Of a DNA stretch of 64,000 nt, positions 18,569 through 28,661 are shown in pieces. How positions within the stretch are numbered: position 1 is the stretch's first letter; every line of letters starts with the position of its first letter. The notes below the pieces were generated by a model. It did not search any database and was not told the DNA's origin. It was given only the letters and a program-made list of their open reading frames with translations. A program made the position numbers and the translations under genes. Origin of the DNA: a virus; IMG/VR virus record IMGVR_UViG_3300019124_000038, positions 82,500 through 146,499 of that record; one strand, written 5' to 3'.

Positions 18569-20092
18569 ATGGGTAAATTCGTAACTCCCGCTTCATTGTT
18601 GTGCGATTTTTATAAGGTAAACCACCGTCAGCAATATCCGAAAGGCACTACTCGTGTGTACTCGAACTGGACAGGGCGGCTTTCCCGCATTGAAGGCGTA
18701 GACAAGGTAGTGATGTTCGGTCTGCAAGCCTTCATCAAGGAATACCTGATCGACTACTTCAATGAACACTTCTTCGCTCGTCCGCACATTGAAGTAGTAT
18801 ATGAGTATTATCGTTACATGCGGTTCACTTTAGGTATTGAGAATCCCGATGCTTCCCATATTGCCGCCTTGCATGACCTCGGCTATCTGCCGCTCCGTAT
18901 TGAGGCGGTGAAAGAAGGTACGCTCGTACCGATCAAGGTTCCGATGCTTACTATCGAGAATACTCATGACGACTTCTTTTGGCTGACGAATTACGTTGAA
19001 ACCCTGCTGTCGTCTGAAATCTGGCAACCGATGACCATTGCGACCATTGCCCTGCAATATCGCAAACTGTTGGAAGACTATGCGGAGCAAACTGGTGCGG
19101 ATAAGTCTGCTGTTATCTTTCAAGGTCACGACTTCTCCATGCGCGGCATGGGCGGTCTGAAAGTGGCGGAACACGCAAATGCAGGTCACTTGCTCTCCTT
19201 TGTGGGAACCGATACTGTTCCTGCTATCGCCCATATGGAATCGTATTACAATGCTAACATTGAGACCGAGATGGTTGGCACTTCCATTCCTGCTACTGAG
19301 CATTCTGTTATGTGCGCTGGCGGGCGGGAGAACGAAGGGGAGACCATTCGCCGCCTGATCGAAGATGTATACCCGAAAGGCTTTGTGTCTATTGTCTCTG
19401 ACACTTGGGACTTGTGGAATGCAATCGACGTTCACTATCGTGGTCTTAAAGATAAAATCATGTCCCGTGACGGTCGAGTAGTTATTCGTCCTGATTCTGG
19501 CGACCCCGTGAAGATTCTGGTAGGCGACCCCGAAGCTACCGACTATCGTGCACGTAAAGGTGTCATTGAACTCCTGTGGGATATCTTCGGCGGCACGGTC
19601 ACTGAGAAGGGCTACAAGCAACTTGACTCGCATATCGGCGTAATCTACGGAGATGCGATCAGCCTTGACCGTGCAAAGCGTATCCTCGAAGGTCTGAAAT
19701 TTAAGGGGTTCGCATCTACCAACATCGTGTTTGGCATCGGTTCCTTTACCTACCAGTATCAAACTCGTGATACCTTCGGTTTTGCCCTGAAAGCTACTTA
19801 TGTAAAGATTGATGGCGAAGAACATTTCATCATGAAAAACCCAATCACCGACTCTGGCTTCAAGAAATCGGCAACTGGCAAGCTGGCGGTCTGCAAGTCT
19901 CACTTTAATCCGCATAATGGTCGTATAACTTCAAAGCCTGAGATCATTCTGATTGACAGCCTAACAGAAGAAGAGCTTATGAATATCAACTACAACGATC
20001 ACAATATGCTCGAAGATGTGTTCGTGGACGGCAAGCTGGTGCGCGATCAGTCCCTCGCAGAAATCCGCGCTTTGCTGGAGTCGCAACTATAA
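18569..20092 (+). CDS. nadV: Nicotinamide phosphoribosyltransferase-like (NAMPT; candidate Namat)
   Basis: DFYK, HDFSMRG, PATEHSVM, SIVSDTWD, IRPDSGDP, YGDAI, GIGS. Confidence 0.93.
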   Translation: MGKFVTPASLLCDFYKVNHRQQYPKGTTRVYSNWTGRLSRIEGVDKVVMFGLQAFIKEYLIDYFNEHFFARPHIEVVYEYYRYMRFTLGIENPDASHIAALHDLGYLPLRIEAVKEGTLVPIKVPMLTIENTHDDFFWLTNYVETLLSSEIWQPMTIATIALQYRKLLEDYAEQTGADKSAVIFQGHDFSMRGMGGLKVAEHANAGHLLSFVGTDTVPAIAHMESYYNANIETEMVGTSIPATEHSVMCAGGRENEGETIRRLIEDVYPKGFVSIVSDTWDLWNAIDVHYRGLKDKIMSRDGRVVIRPDSGDPVKILVGDPEATDYRARKGVIELLWDIFGGTVTEKGYKQLDSHIGVIYGDAISLDRAKRILEGLKFKGFASTNIVFGIGSFTYQYQTRDTFGFALKATYVKIDGEEHFIMKNPITDSGFKKSATGKLAVCKSHFNPHNGRITSKPEIILIDSLTEEELMNINYNDHNMLEDVFVDGKLVRDQSLAEIRALLESQL

Positions 20093-20108
20093 TAAGGAGG
20101 TATGATCT

Positions 20109-20264
20109 ATGACAAAAGAAGAAGTAATCGAAAAGCTGGAGCGCGAAAAGGAGTGCTATCGCGATTGCCGTCACAACGCTCATGACGAAGAAGAGAAGAA
20201 CTGGTACGATGGCGCGATTGAAGCAACCGTCATTGCAATTGGTCTTATCAAGCAAATCGACTAG
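20109..20264 (+). CDS. Small hypothetical protein
   Basis: SD AAGGAGG, 51 aa. Confidence 0.55.
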   Translation: MTKEEVIEKLEREKECYRDCRHNAHDEEEKNWYDGAIEATVIAIGLIKQID

Positions 20265-20332
20265 GGCATAATTCCTCCTCTGTCGCGAAGTCTCTGTAAG
20301 AGAGATAGAACGACAAAGGAGGATTCCCCCTA

Positions 20333-20587
20333 ATGAAGAATCAATTCAAGAAATTCGGGTACGTCACCCTGCGGAAGAATGGTGTGGACGCTGGAACATA
20401 CAAGATCGACCAGATGGTTGCTAACGAAATCACTCTGGAGGATTGCCTGTATGTCTTCCGTCAAGTCGATGGGGTCTGCGTAACTGACGCAACAGTAACA
20501 ATCGTGCCAGCCGCTTATGTCGGCGAGGGCAACATCAAGGAAGTAAAAGATCAGAGCGGAACACCACGCGCTATCTTCTTCTCCTAA
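20333..20587 (+). CDS. Hypothetical protein
   Basis: SD AAGGAGG, 84 aa. Confidence 0.7.
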   Translation: MKNQFKKFGYVTLRKNGVDAGTYKIDQMVANEITLEDCLYVFRQVDGVCVTDATVTIVPAAYVGEGNIKEVKDQSGTPRAIFFS

Positions 20588-20593
20588 GAAAAG

Positions 20594-20625
20594 AGGGTCA
20601 CGGCAAACGCCGTGATCTTTTTTTT
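20594..20625 (+). terminator. Intrinsic terminator
   Basis: AGGGTCACGGC-AAAC-GCCGTGATCTT plus T tract. Confidence 0.85.
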
Positions 20626-20635
20626 ATTTGAACAG

Positions 20636-20664
20636 GCATCAAAGTGGGCATATGCCCATAGGAT
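20636..20664 (+). promoter_or_regulatory. Possible sporulation-sigma (sigmaE-like) promoter overlapping a 14-bp perfect palindrome
   Basis: GCATCA-15-CATAGGAT; TGGGCATATGCCCA at 20645-20658. Confidence 0.4.
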
Positions 20665-20718
20665 GTTAGCACGAAGCAGTTATTAACTCTTCGAAAAACT
20701 TATGAAGGGGTTGAACAC

Positions 20719-21723
20719 ATGAGCAAAGTGTATGTTGGCTATGACAATGGCAACGGCAACCAAGACGTGTGCTCGAATCACCATAAGGAAGTGATCGACT
20801 TTCCCTCTGTGACGGGTGAAATCGACGTACCGCGCCCTATCGAGGGAGACCCCGATAAAAAGCTCCAGCACATGACAGTGAAGAAAGGAATGAAGCATAT
20901 CGGTGTTGGAGAGTGCGCCATCAACCACGCAAAGCTCCGTAACCATGACGTAGCAGATGATAAGTATACTACCAAGCAGTCTATTCTACTCGCCCATACT
21001 GCTGTTTCCTTGGTGGCTCCTGAAGGGTTTTCTACTGTCAAGATGGTTCTCGGATTGCCGTACTACAAGATGAACGAAGGTAAGCATATCGCCGACAGCT
21101 ACAAGGGCATGGTACATGGCTTGGAGATCGGATTCTACGGGAAGTACACGCCGCCGAAAACCATCAATATCGAAGACGTAGAACCCGTTCCGCAACATTA
21201 CGGTGCAATGTTCGATCTCACGCTCGATGACAACGGCGAGATTGCCAATAAAGACCTCGTTCTTGGCTACCTCGCGATCTATGACATTGGATACAAAACA
21301 AATATGGGCGCAGTCTTCCACCGATTTAATCCCGTAAGTCGTCACAGCATCCACAGCAAGAACGGGATGCACGTCGCGTTCGATCAGATCGCCCGCAAGA
21401 TCGGTCAATTCTTTAACGGCTTGGAAGTGAAGGCATACGACATTCCAAGCATCATCCGTGGCGGTGGGAAGGTCAAGGGGCATGATGTAACACCGATCAT
21501 CAACGAAGGTCTCTATGATCTCGCCGTTACCATCGTCAACGAGATCAAGGCACGATGGGGTGACGCATGGGAGATTACTCAGATGGCGTTCACGGGCGGC
21601 GGAGCAGTACTTCTAAAACCGTATCTGGAGCAAGCGTTCCAAGATGCAAAGTACGGCGATAACAAGCAGAACGCAAATGGTCTCCGCAAGTTCGCAGTTC
21701 GGAAGTGGGGTCGGACGGCGTGA
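20719..21723 (+). CDS. parM: ParM/StbA-family actin-like ATPase
   Basis: GYDNGNG phosphate-1, LGLP, YDIGYKT phosphate-2, FTGGGA. Confidence 0.88.
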   Translation: MSKVYVGYDNGNGNQDVCSNHHKEVIDFPSVTGEIDVPRPIEGDPDKKLQHMTVKKGMKHIGVGECAINHAKLRNHDVADDKYTTKQSILLAHTAVSLVAPEGFSTVKMVLGLPYYKMNEGKHIADSYKGMVHGLEIGFYGKYTPPKTINIEDVEPVPQHYGAMFDLTLDDNGEIANKDLVLGYLAIYDIGYKTNMGAVFHRFNPVSRHSIHSKNGMHVAFDQIARKIGQFFNGLEVKAYDIPSIIRGGGKVKGHDVTPIINEGLYDLAVTIVNEIKARWGDAWEITQMAFTGGGAVLLKPYLEQAFQDAKYGDNKQNANGLRKFAVRKWGRTA

Positions 21724-22055
21724 TCTTCTCGTTCAGCGTTCCCGAAGATAACCCGCGCTTCAAGGCTCTGATCCACTGGTACAATAGCTACAACGGTGAC
21801 AAAGCGAAGAGGATGGAGCGTAGCCGTGACTTCCGCGAAATGTTTTTGCAATTGATTGGCGGCGGGGATGCTAATACAGAAGTAGAAAAATCGACCATAA
21901 TAGAAGATACTATCTCTGTTGTCGCGCCGCAACCGCAACGGCAGATTGTGAAAGACATATCTCTGCAACCTGTTAATCTTGTCGTTACCGCATCGCCAGT
22001 ACAAGAGGTAGACCTTGATAGTGAGCTTGATAATCTAAACTTTGGAGGCTTATAG
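21720..22055 (+). CDS. Putative ParR-like adaptor/DNA-binding protein
   Basis: Overlaps parM stop; N-terminal strand-helix-helix pattern, acidic flexible C-terminus. Confidence 0.5.
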   Translation: MIFSFSVPEDNPRFKALIHWYNSYNGDKAKRMERSRDFREMFLQLIGGGDANTEVEKSTIIEDTISVVAPQPQRQIVKDISLQPVNLVVTASPVQEVDLDSELDNLNFGGL

Positions 22056-22057
22056 GG

Positions 22058-22498
22058 ATGAAGAAGGCAAAACTCTGTGCCGCTGTTATGCTTTTAACAT
22101 CAACAATCTTCGCGGGTGGGTGTAAAGAAAACAAACTACTCTCAGAGCAAGAGTATATCGACTACACCCGTGGTCAACTGACTAAATTCATGGAGATCGT
22201 GCAGAATGAAAACATCAACATTGACGACTATCGTACAGTCAAGAAATCTGTAGAAAATCAGAAGCGCAAGCTGGAGAAAATTGAGAGCACTCTGAAGGAC
22301 GTACAGCCACCACCGAACTACGTTGGCGAACACCGTGAGATGTTGGAAGTTCTGCATTTCTTCATTAGGCGCGATGACGAACTATTGGAGTACGCAAAGA
22401 CGGGGAGTGGCTACGATCTGAAACAGGCTAACGATTACTTCCAAGTTGCCATCAACAATATGGAAGATGCACCTACTTTCTTTACCAAAAACGACTAG
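22058..22498 (+). CDS. Lipoprotein
   Basis: Signal peptide ending FAGGC. Confidence 0.75.
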   Translation: MKKAKLCAAVMLLTSTIFAGGCKENKLLSEQEYIDYTRGQLTKFMEIVQNENINIDDYRTVKKSVENQKRKLEKIESTLKDVQPPPNYVGEHREMLEVLHFFIRRDDELLEYAKTGSGYDLKQANDYFQVAINNMEDAPTFFTKND

Positions 22499-22512
22499 GA
22501 GGAGGATTCCAT

Positions 22513-22980
22513 ATGAAAATCAACGTTGGGCATCGTGAGTACGGCTATCGTGATCTGAACTGCAACATCAATGTCAATGAAGTTCTGCAAGAAATCATTG
22601 ACAACCAAGACATGCAAATCAACAATTCCTGCAATGATCGCAAATTCGACGCTATCGGAAAAGTCTCTGCCGCTGGTGCTGGCTTCACCGCATTCCTTAC
22701 GATGGTTCCGCATCAAGCAATGGCGGCTGGTATCAACCTCACCCCTATCGAACGTGTTGCAAATGAGGGCTACTGGACGATTACTAAGATCGGTGTTCTG
22801 CTGGCTACTCCCTTTCTCGCATGGGGTATTCTCTCTCTTATCACATCTGGCGGCAATCCCGCAGGTCGCACCAAGGCAAAGGTAGTGGGGTTGGGAGTAG
22901 GTGGTGGCATCTTGGGTCTGGCGGCAACTCCGTGGGCTGTGAACAGCGCATGGAGCTATCTGCAAACGGCATTCCATTGA
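22513..22980 (+). CDS. VirB2/TrbC-like pilin-type membrane protein
   Basis: PHQAMA-A processing-like motif followed by two hydrophobic helices; position in T4SS cluster. Confidence 0.6.
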   Translation: MKINVGHREYGYRDLNCNINVNEVLQEIIDNQDMQINNSCNDRKFDAIGKVSAAGAGFTAFLTMVPHQAMAAGINLTPIERVANEGYWTITKIGVLLATPFLAWGILSLITSGGNPAGRTKAKVVGLGVGGGILGLAATPWAVNSAWSYLQTAFH

Positions 22981-22996
22981 TGGGAGGGATTAGGCA

Positions 22997-24130
22997 TTGA
23001 AAGTTCGCGTAGGAGGAAAAGTTGTCTATGACGACACGAAGCCCACCTTAATCGGCAAGCTCGATGAGGTGACAAAACAAGTTGAAGAAACGGTTGACAA
23101 GATGAACCGCAAGTCGCGGCGGAACAAGCTGATAAAGAAGGTAGTTGGACTATTCGGTGTCATTTCTACTCTGGCATATTCTGCGGTAGCACATGCAGAA
23201 GAAGTCGCACCGAACATAACTCAGACCCCTATCCCTGAGCAGGGGATTCCTGAGAGAATTGCAAACGTTCTGGCTGATCGACTGATCGAACACGTAACTG
23301 GGTCGATGCCACATGCTGGTGAAACCGCTTCTATTTATTGGAAGCTCAACGAGATTGCATCCAAGTCTGTCCTAACGACGCAAGACTTTTTTCAAAATCC
23401 TAGTCTGGTCGGCATGTATACAGTAGTCTCATTCACCGCAATGTCCGTAACCTCGCTTATCATGGGGAAGAAGTGTCTTGACATGATTAAAGCACACACG
23501 GTAGGCGGCAGTACGATGGGAGTATCCGAACTTATCCTCCGTTGTTTTGCTTCGGTACTTCTGACATACCTTACGCTTCCGATCATGAGCTATGGAGTGA
23601 AGTTGTCAAATGTAGTTGTGCAAACCATGATGGCAAACTTCGGAAGCGGAATGATTCCTATGGGGGTACATGGTGTTGGCTCATTCGCCACAACGTTTAT
23701 CGGGGAGTTCTTCTGGATTATCGGCTTCTTCCTTCTTATGGCTCTCCTGATGATTCAATACTGGGTACGCCAGATCAACCTCATTGTTCTCGGAATATTC
23801 TCTCCGTTCGCTACAACCTCTTGGATTGTGGATGGAGGAGCAATGATTGGAACTCTGGTTCAGGAAACCATTGTTCATCTGACTACGCCGCTGGTTCAGG
23901 GCGGTGTCATGGCAATCGGCACGGCTATCGTAACCTCTATCGCCGCATCTCAGGGGGTAGACCCGATCAACGCGGTCTTCGCTAGTATCGCCACGATGTT
24001 CGTCATGCTGACCGTTCCGTCTTTCCTTCGTAAGTTTGTCACTGGCACGATTAACCCATTCAAGTGGGCACTAAATACGGCAGTAGGTATCAAGGCAATG
24101 CCAGCAAGACTTTTGGCCGTAGCTAAGTAG
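22997..24130 (+). CDS. virB6: VirB6/TrbL-like polytopic membrane protein
   Basis: Multiple TM segments; RQINLIVLGIFSPF motif. Confidence 0.7.
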   Translation: MKVRVGGKVVYDDTKPTLIGKLDEVTKQVEETVDKMNRKSRRNKLIKKVVGLFGVISTLAYSAVAHAEEVAPNITQTPIPEQGIPERIANVLADRLIEHVTGSMPHAGETASIYWKLNEIASKSVLTTQDFFQNPSLVGMYTVVSFTAMSVTSLIMGKKCLDMIKAHTVGGSTMGVSELILRCFASVLLTYLTLPIMSYGVKLSNVVVQTMMANFGSGMIPMGVHGVGSFATTFIGEFFWIIGFFLLMALLMIQYWVRQINLIVLGIFSPFATTSWIVDGGAMIGTLVQETIVHLTTPLVQGGVMAIGTAIVTSIAASQGVDPINAVFASIATMFVMLTVPSFLRKFVTGTINPFKWALNTAVGIKAMPARLLAVAK

Positions 24131-24137
24131 AAGGGAG

Positions 24138-24488
24138 ATGGTTAGAGTGCAAGATTATATCATTCCGCGCAACATCAATGTGAAAGAAGGTCTGATCGCA
24201 AATCTTAACGCAAAACAAGTCCTGTTTCTCATCATCGGCGGTGCGACTTCCGTAGGAATCTGGAAGCTAGGTTCTACTTGGGATGTTGCAGTTCGAGTAT
24301 CGGCAAGCATCTTCGCAGTAGGCGGCGCACTGTTTTTCACTATCTACAAGGTAGAAGGACAGACATTAGATCAATATACGTGGAATATGATGAAGTATCC
24401 ATTCCGTACTAAGAACTATGATGGAGGTGTAGAAGAATATGTTCACCAGCAAACGCCAAAAGTATGCATTAGATATGCCCTGCAATGA
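24138..24488 (+). CDS. PrgI/VirB3-like protein
   Basis: IPRNI..EGLIANLNAKQ, two TMs, immediately upstream of VirB4. Confidence 0.75.
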   Translation: MVRVQDYIIPRNINVKEGLIANLNAKQVLFLIIGGATSVGIWKLGSTWDVAVRVSASIFAVGGALFFTIYKVEGQTLDQYTWNMMKYPFRTKNYDGGVEEYVHQQTPKVCIRYALQ

Positions 24489-26235
24489 TCTTGCTCAATA
24501 CAAAAAACATTGGTACATGGTACTGCGTGTAGGGTCGGTAGACCTTGACATGTGCGACAAAGACGACCAAGAAGCTATCCTCATGACGTTTCAGCAGATC
24601 ATTAATTCGTTCCACGCGCCGATTCAACACATTCAGAAGCGTGTACCTCTCGACTTCTCTGAGCACATCCTTCGCGTTGACAAAATGATCGGCTGTATCG
24701 ACAATGAAAACGTTAAGAAGTACGGGGAGTCCTATGTCACATATCTGGATGAGGCCGCCCAAGGCAAACTCACTACCGTCAACTATTTGATCTTAAAAAC
24801 AGATCGTTATTGCTCCTATGAGGCCGCCCAGTCTACGCTCGGTTCTTTGCGCGATCAGATCATGCGGGCTGTAGAACCGCTGAGCATTGACGTACATCAA
24901 CTGACTGGCAGAGAGTTAGATGACTTCTATGCTTTCCCGTTCAAGGTGCAAGAACGCAAGGACTACGTGATCTATGGCAATGAATACCGTCGCACGTATA
25001 TTGTGACCGACTATCCGAGAGTTGCCTATCCAAACTGGATGAAGCCACTCACTGAGTTTCCGTTCCCTGTAGAAATTAGCCAGCACATCCATCCGTACTC
25101 TCGGGACATGATAATCCGCAGTCTCGAAGTCTCTATCGCAAAGTTGCAGTCCTCAAAGGAGATGGTGATGAGAAGCGGCATCAGCGCGGGGAGCGAGATT
25201 CAAGCGAAGATCGACGACGCGAAAGACCTCCTTAAACGCATCTCCAGTGGTCAAGACAGTATCTTCCAGTATGGAATGTGCGTGACGGTAGTATCTGATA
25301 GCTTGGATGAGTTGGAACGTAATAGCTATGCTATCGAAGGTGCTCTCCGTAGCATACAGGTCAGCTTTCGACGAGCGATCTACCAGATGAACAAGGCTCT
25401 GACTTCAACCCTGCCGCTCTGCTGGAACCAGCTTAATGAATGGTATACCCTCGACTCTCGCGCTCTGTCTACCATGCTTCTGTGGACAAATGCTAACTAT
25501 TCCAGCACAGGCGGCATTCTTTATGGAATCAACGAACAAACGAATGCTCTCATCACATTCGACCGCTTCGAGATGCCGAACCCAAACGCCGTTATTATTG
25601 GTAGCTCTGGATATGGCAAAAGCATGACTGCCAAGACAGTAGAGATCAGCCGCAATCTTGTTACTGGCAGTCAGGTCATTGTCCTCGACTGGAGCGGCGA
25701 GTATCGTCAACTATGCGATCTTATGGGCGGACAATACGTGGAAAGAGATCAGGAACCAGACTGGAGCCGCCACCTCATCATCTTCTACGGCGATAATGTC
25801 AACCAGCTTCGCAAGGTTTGGCAGTTCATTCAAGCCGCACCGATGAAATGCCGCTCTTTGATCGTTGAAGAGTTTCACAACATCCTGCGTGAAGACCCGA
25901 ATCTTATCCTCACCATCATGCAAGAAATTCGTAAACGATTCTGCGCCCCGACGCTCATCACTCAGAACGTGCAGGAGTTCATGAGATCGCCAGAAGGCAA
26001 GATGATTCTCGATCTCTGCTCTATCAAGCTCCTGCTTCATCTCGGAGACAATGATGTAAAGGAAGCGGCAGAACTCTTCCATCTGACCAAGCAAGAGAAA
26101 ATGTACCTCCGTACCTGCGGCAAAGGACGTGGCTACATTTACGCCCCGAACTTCAAGACAAAGATCAAGATTGACTACTCTGATCGCGAAGAACGGCTGT
26201 TGACTACTGATCCGAGGGAGGTTGTGCTACAGTGA
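24439..26235 (+). CDS. virB4: VirB4-like conjugation ATPase
   Basis: IIGSSGYGKS, VLDWSGEY, IVEEFH, RKR..ITQN. Confidence 0.85.
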   Translation: MFTSKRQKYALDMPCNDLAQYKKHWYMVLRVGSVDLDMCDKDDQEAILMTFQQIINSFHAPIQHIQKRVPLDFSEHILRVDKMIGCIDNENVKKYGESYVTYLDEAAQGKLTTVNYLILKTDRYCSYEAAQSTLGSLRDQIMRAVEPLSIDVHQLTGRELDDFYAFPFKVQERKDYVIYGNEYRRTYIVTDYPRVAYPNWMKPLTEFPFPVEISQHIHPYSRDMIIRSLEVSIAKLQSSKEMVMRSGISAGSEIQAKIDDAKDLLKRISSGQDSIFQYGMCVTVVSDSLDELERNSYAIEGALRSIQVSFRRAIYQMNKALTSTLPLCWNQLNEWYTLDSRALSTMLLWTNANYSSTGGILYGINEQTNALITFDRFEMPNPNAVIIGSSGYGKSMTAKTVEISRNLVTGSQVIVLDWSGEYRQLCDLMGGQYVERDQEPDWSRHLIIFYGDNVNQLRKVWQFIQAAPMKCRSLIVEEFHNILREDPNLILTIMQEIRKRFCAPTLITQNVQEFMRSPEGKMILDLCSIKLLLHLGDNDVKEAAELFHLTKQEKMYLRTCGKGRGYIYAPNFKTKIKIDYSDREERLLTTDPREVVLQ

Positions 26236-28661
26236 AAGATTATACTGTACTGGAGGTCAACAACGTACCTGACGAGACCGATCTGGAGAATGCAGAACGG
26301 ATGTTGCGCTCCTTCTTTCGTACTATTGAACCCGAAGGGAAGCGGGAGAAATGGGACGATAGGGATAAAATCTCTTGGGAACTTTACGCAGAGAAGGATA
26401 AGATCGGGTTCTACGCAGTAGTTCCCCGTAGAATAGAACGTCTCATTCGTAGTCGAATCTTCGACGCTTATCCCAGTGCAGAAATCAAGTCCACTGAGTT
26501 CGACCCTGCCAAGCAGTTCACAGACAAAGCGTTCGTGGCACAGATGAGTCTGCACAAGCACTTTATGTTTGCCACTAAATCGAGCAAGGCTGGTGATGCG
26601 CCTATCAGCTCCATTCTGAACTCTATGAGTGGGCTGGAGGAAGATCAGCGGATGCTTCTGCAAATCTCTATGGTTCCGATCAATAACAAGTGGCAGGGCA
26701 AGGCGTACAAAGCATATCGTAAGATGCTATTTCAAGGCGTGAAGCCGAAGAGGGGCACAAACAATACATGGGTGCGCGGCACAGTGATTGGCGCGAAGGC
26801 TCTTATGGTTCTACTTGGTGGAGTACTCTACATGATGACTTTGGGCAATGTCAATGTGTTCGATAAGTCTCTGGAGAGTCAAAAGAACACGCCTATTGAA
26901 CGTGCAGAATTGAAGGGCACTCAGCAGAAGATCGCGCTACCCGCATTCAATGTAGCAATTCGGATAGCGGCAGAAGCAAAAGACAAGAATGTAGCATCGA
27001 CTCGATTAACCGAGCTGGCAAACTCCTTCATTGAAATGGATGCCGATAACGAATGGCGAAGAACACGGGTCAACATTCGTTCATGTTACAATCAAATGTT
27101 AGATCGTAGTGTGCCTAAGCATACGAATGATATCGTAACAACAAGTGAGCTTTCCCCGTTAGTTCGGTTGGTGAACAAACATATCGTTATTCCTGAACTG
27201 AAACACTCACTCAAAACGTATCCGTTGCCTCAAGGTCTGGAAGATGGAACGTTCTTCGCCAAACATGTTCACAATGGCGAAGAGAAGGAGTTCTACTATC
27301 CGACAGATCATGTCAGTGACTTTGTGCATCCGCTCATCATCACTGGTGCGATGGGCGCAGGAAAAACAACTCTTATCAATAACCTGATGATCTCCCGCGC
27401 TGTAGCTGGCTATGGTGTCATCATCATCGACACGCAAGGCGACCAATCTCGCGACTTTATTAAGATGCTTCCGCAGTCTGAGATGCATCGTTTAGTATGG
27501 CTCAACTTCGGAGATGTGCTGAACCCTCCGCCCATCGACTTGATGGAGTTCAATGAAGTAGCGGCAACTGCCAATCCCGTGTTCGCCAAATTCTACAAGC
27601 AGAACGCCAAGAACGAGATGATCGCTCTGTTCAAGAAGCTGTGGGGACAGAACTTTGGCCCTCAAACCGAGTATATTACTCGGCACAACATTACGGCTCA
27701 AATGGAGACAGGTGGAACCTTCCTAGAGATGTTCCGCATGTTGACCGACAAGGAGTTCCGCGAGAGCATCATCCCTGATCTTCGCTCTAAAGCTCCGCTA
27801 TCATGGAAGTTCTGGAAAACAATTGAGGAGAACTACGAGGAAAAGCAACTGTTGAAGATGTTCATGCCGTCGATCAACAAGCTCGGCGCACTCATTGAAG
27901 ACCCGATGCTTATGAACATCACGTCGCAGGGTCGTCAGACTTATAACTTCCGTCAGATGATGGATGAAGCCAAGATCGTTGTCATCACTATCCCAAAAGG
28001 CATTCTGGTAGAGAACTGGAACCTGATCGCCAGACTCATGCTGTCGAAAATCTGGCTTGCCGCCTTGTCTCGGGAAGAGATTCACAACATTAATGATCGA
28101 CTACCTTGCTTTCTTGCGGCTGACGAAGCAGACGATCTTATCAATGAGAACTTCCCGACTATGCTGTCTCAGTCCCGTAAGTTCCGTCTCGGCATTGTCA
28201 TGGGCTTCCAGTACCTCAAGCAGATCAAGCAGAATCATCCAAAGACCTACAGTGCAATGATGGGCAACATGCCACATATCGTTGCCATGAAGATCGGTAC
28301 GGAAGATCAAGAGGAGTACGGACGTATCTTCGCTCCGCATTACGCGAAGCAGGAACTCATCATGCCGTCACTCCACGGCATTGCGCGTCTCAGTGTTCGC
28401 GGCAATACGCCACATCCGTTTACCATCAAGACTGAGTTTGACCACTACGAGCGGCGGGAAGACAACATAGAAGAAGCGGCGGCGTATAGCAGAGAACACT
28501 ACACACGCACCTACGAAGAAGTCGATGCTATCGTACAGTCGAAAATTGTATCCTTGCTTGATACGTTCCAGCTCATGCAAGAAGTGGCAGATGAATACGA
28601 GCAGGAAGAAGCCGATATGTCTCTGCTCGATCAGCTTCGTGACGAAGAGGATGTGGCATAA
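26232..28661 (+). CDS. virD4: VirD4/TraG-like type IV coupling protein
   Basis: ITGAMGAGKTT, IDTQGD, ADEAD, SQSRKFRLG..FQ; N-terminal TM. Confidence 0.82.
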   Translation: MKDYTVLEVNNVPDETDLENAERMLRSFFRTIEPEGKREKWDDRDKISWELYAEKDKIGFYAVVPRRIERLIRSRIFDAYPSAEIKSTEFDPAKQFTDKAFVAQMSLHKHFMFATKSSKAGDAPISSILNSMSGLEEDQRMLLQISMVPINNKWQGKAYKAYRKMLFQGVKPKRGTNNTWVRGTVIGAKALMVLLGGVLYMMTLGNVNVFDKSLESQKNTPIERAELKGTQQKIALPAFNVAIRIAAEAKDKNVASTRLTELANSFIEMDADNEWRRTRVNIRSCYNQMLDRSVPKHTNDIVTTSELSPLVRLVNKHIVIPELKHSLKTYPLPQGLEDGTFFAKHVHNGEEKEFYYPTDHVSDFVHPLIITGAMGAGKTTLINNLMISRAVAGYGVIIIDTQGDQSRDFIKMLPQSEMHRLVWLNFGDVLNPPPIDLMEFNEVAATANPVFAKFYKQNAKNEMIALFKKLWGQNFGPQTEYITRHNITAQMETGGTFLEMFRMLTDKEFRESIIPDLRSKAPLSWKFWKTIEENYEEKQLLKMFMPSINKLGALIEDPMLMNITSQGRQTYNFRQMMDEAKIVVITIPKGILVENWNLIARLMLSKIWLAALSREEIHNINDRLPCFLAADEADDLINENFPTMLSQSRKFRLGIVMGFQYLKQIKQNHPKTYSAMMGNMPHIVAMKIGTEDQEEYGRIFAPHYAKQELIMPSLHGIARLSVRGNTPHPFTIKTEFDHYERREDNIEEAAAYSREHYTRTYEEVDAIVQSKIVSLLDTFQLMQEVADEYEQEEADMSLLDQLRDEEDVA

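Noticed and set aside
18830-19915. 361-aa - strand ORF
   Set aside because: Antisense to NAMPT.
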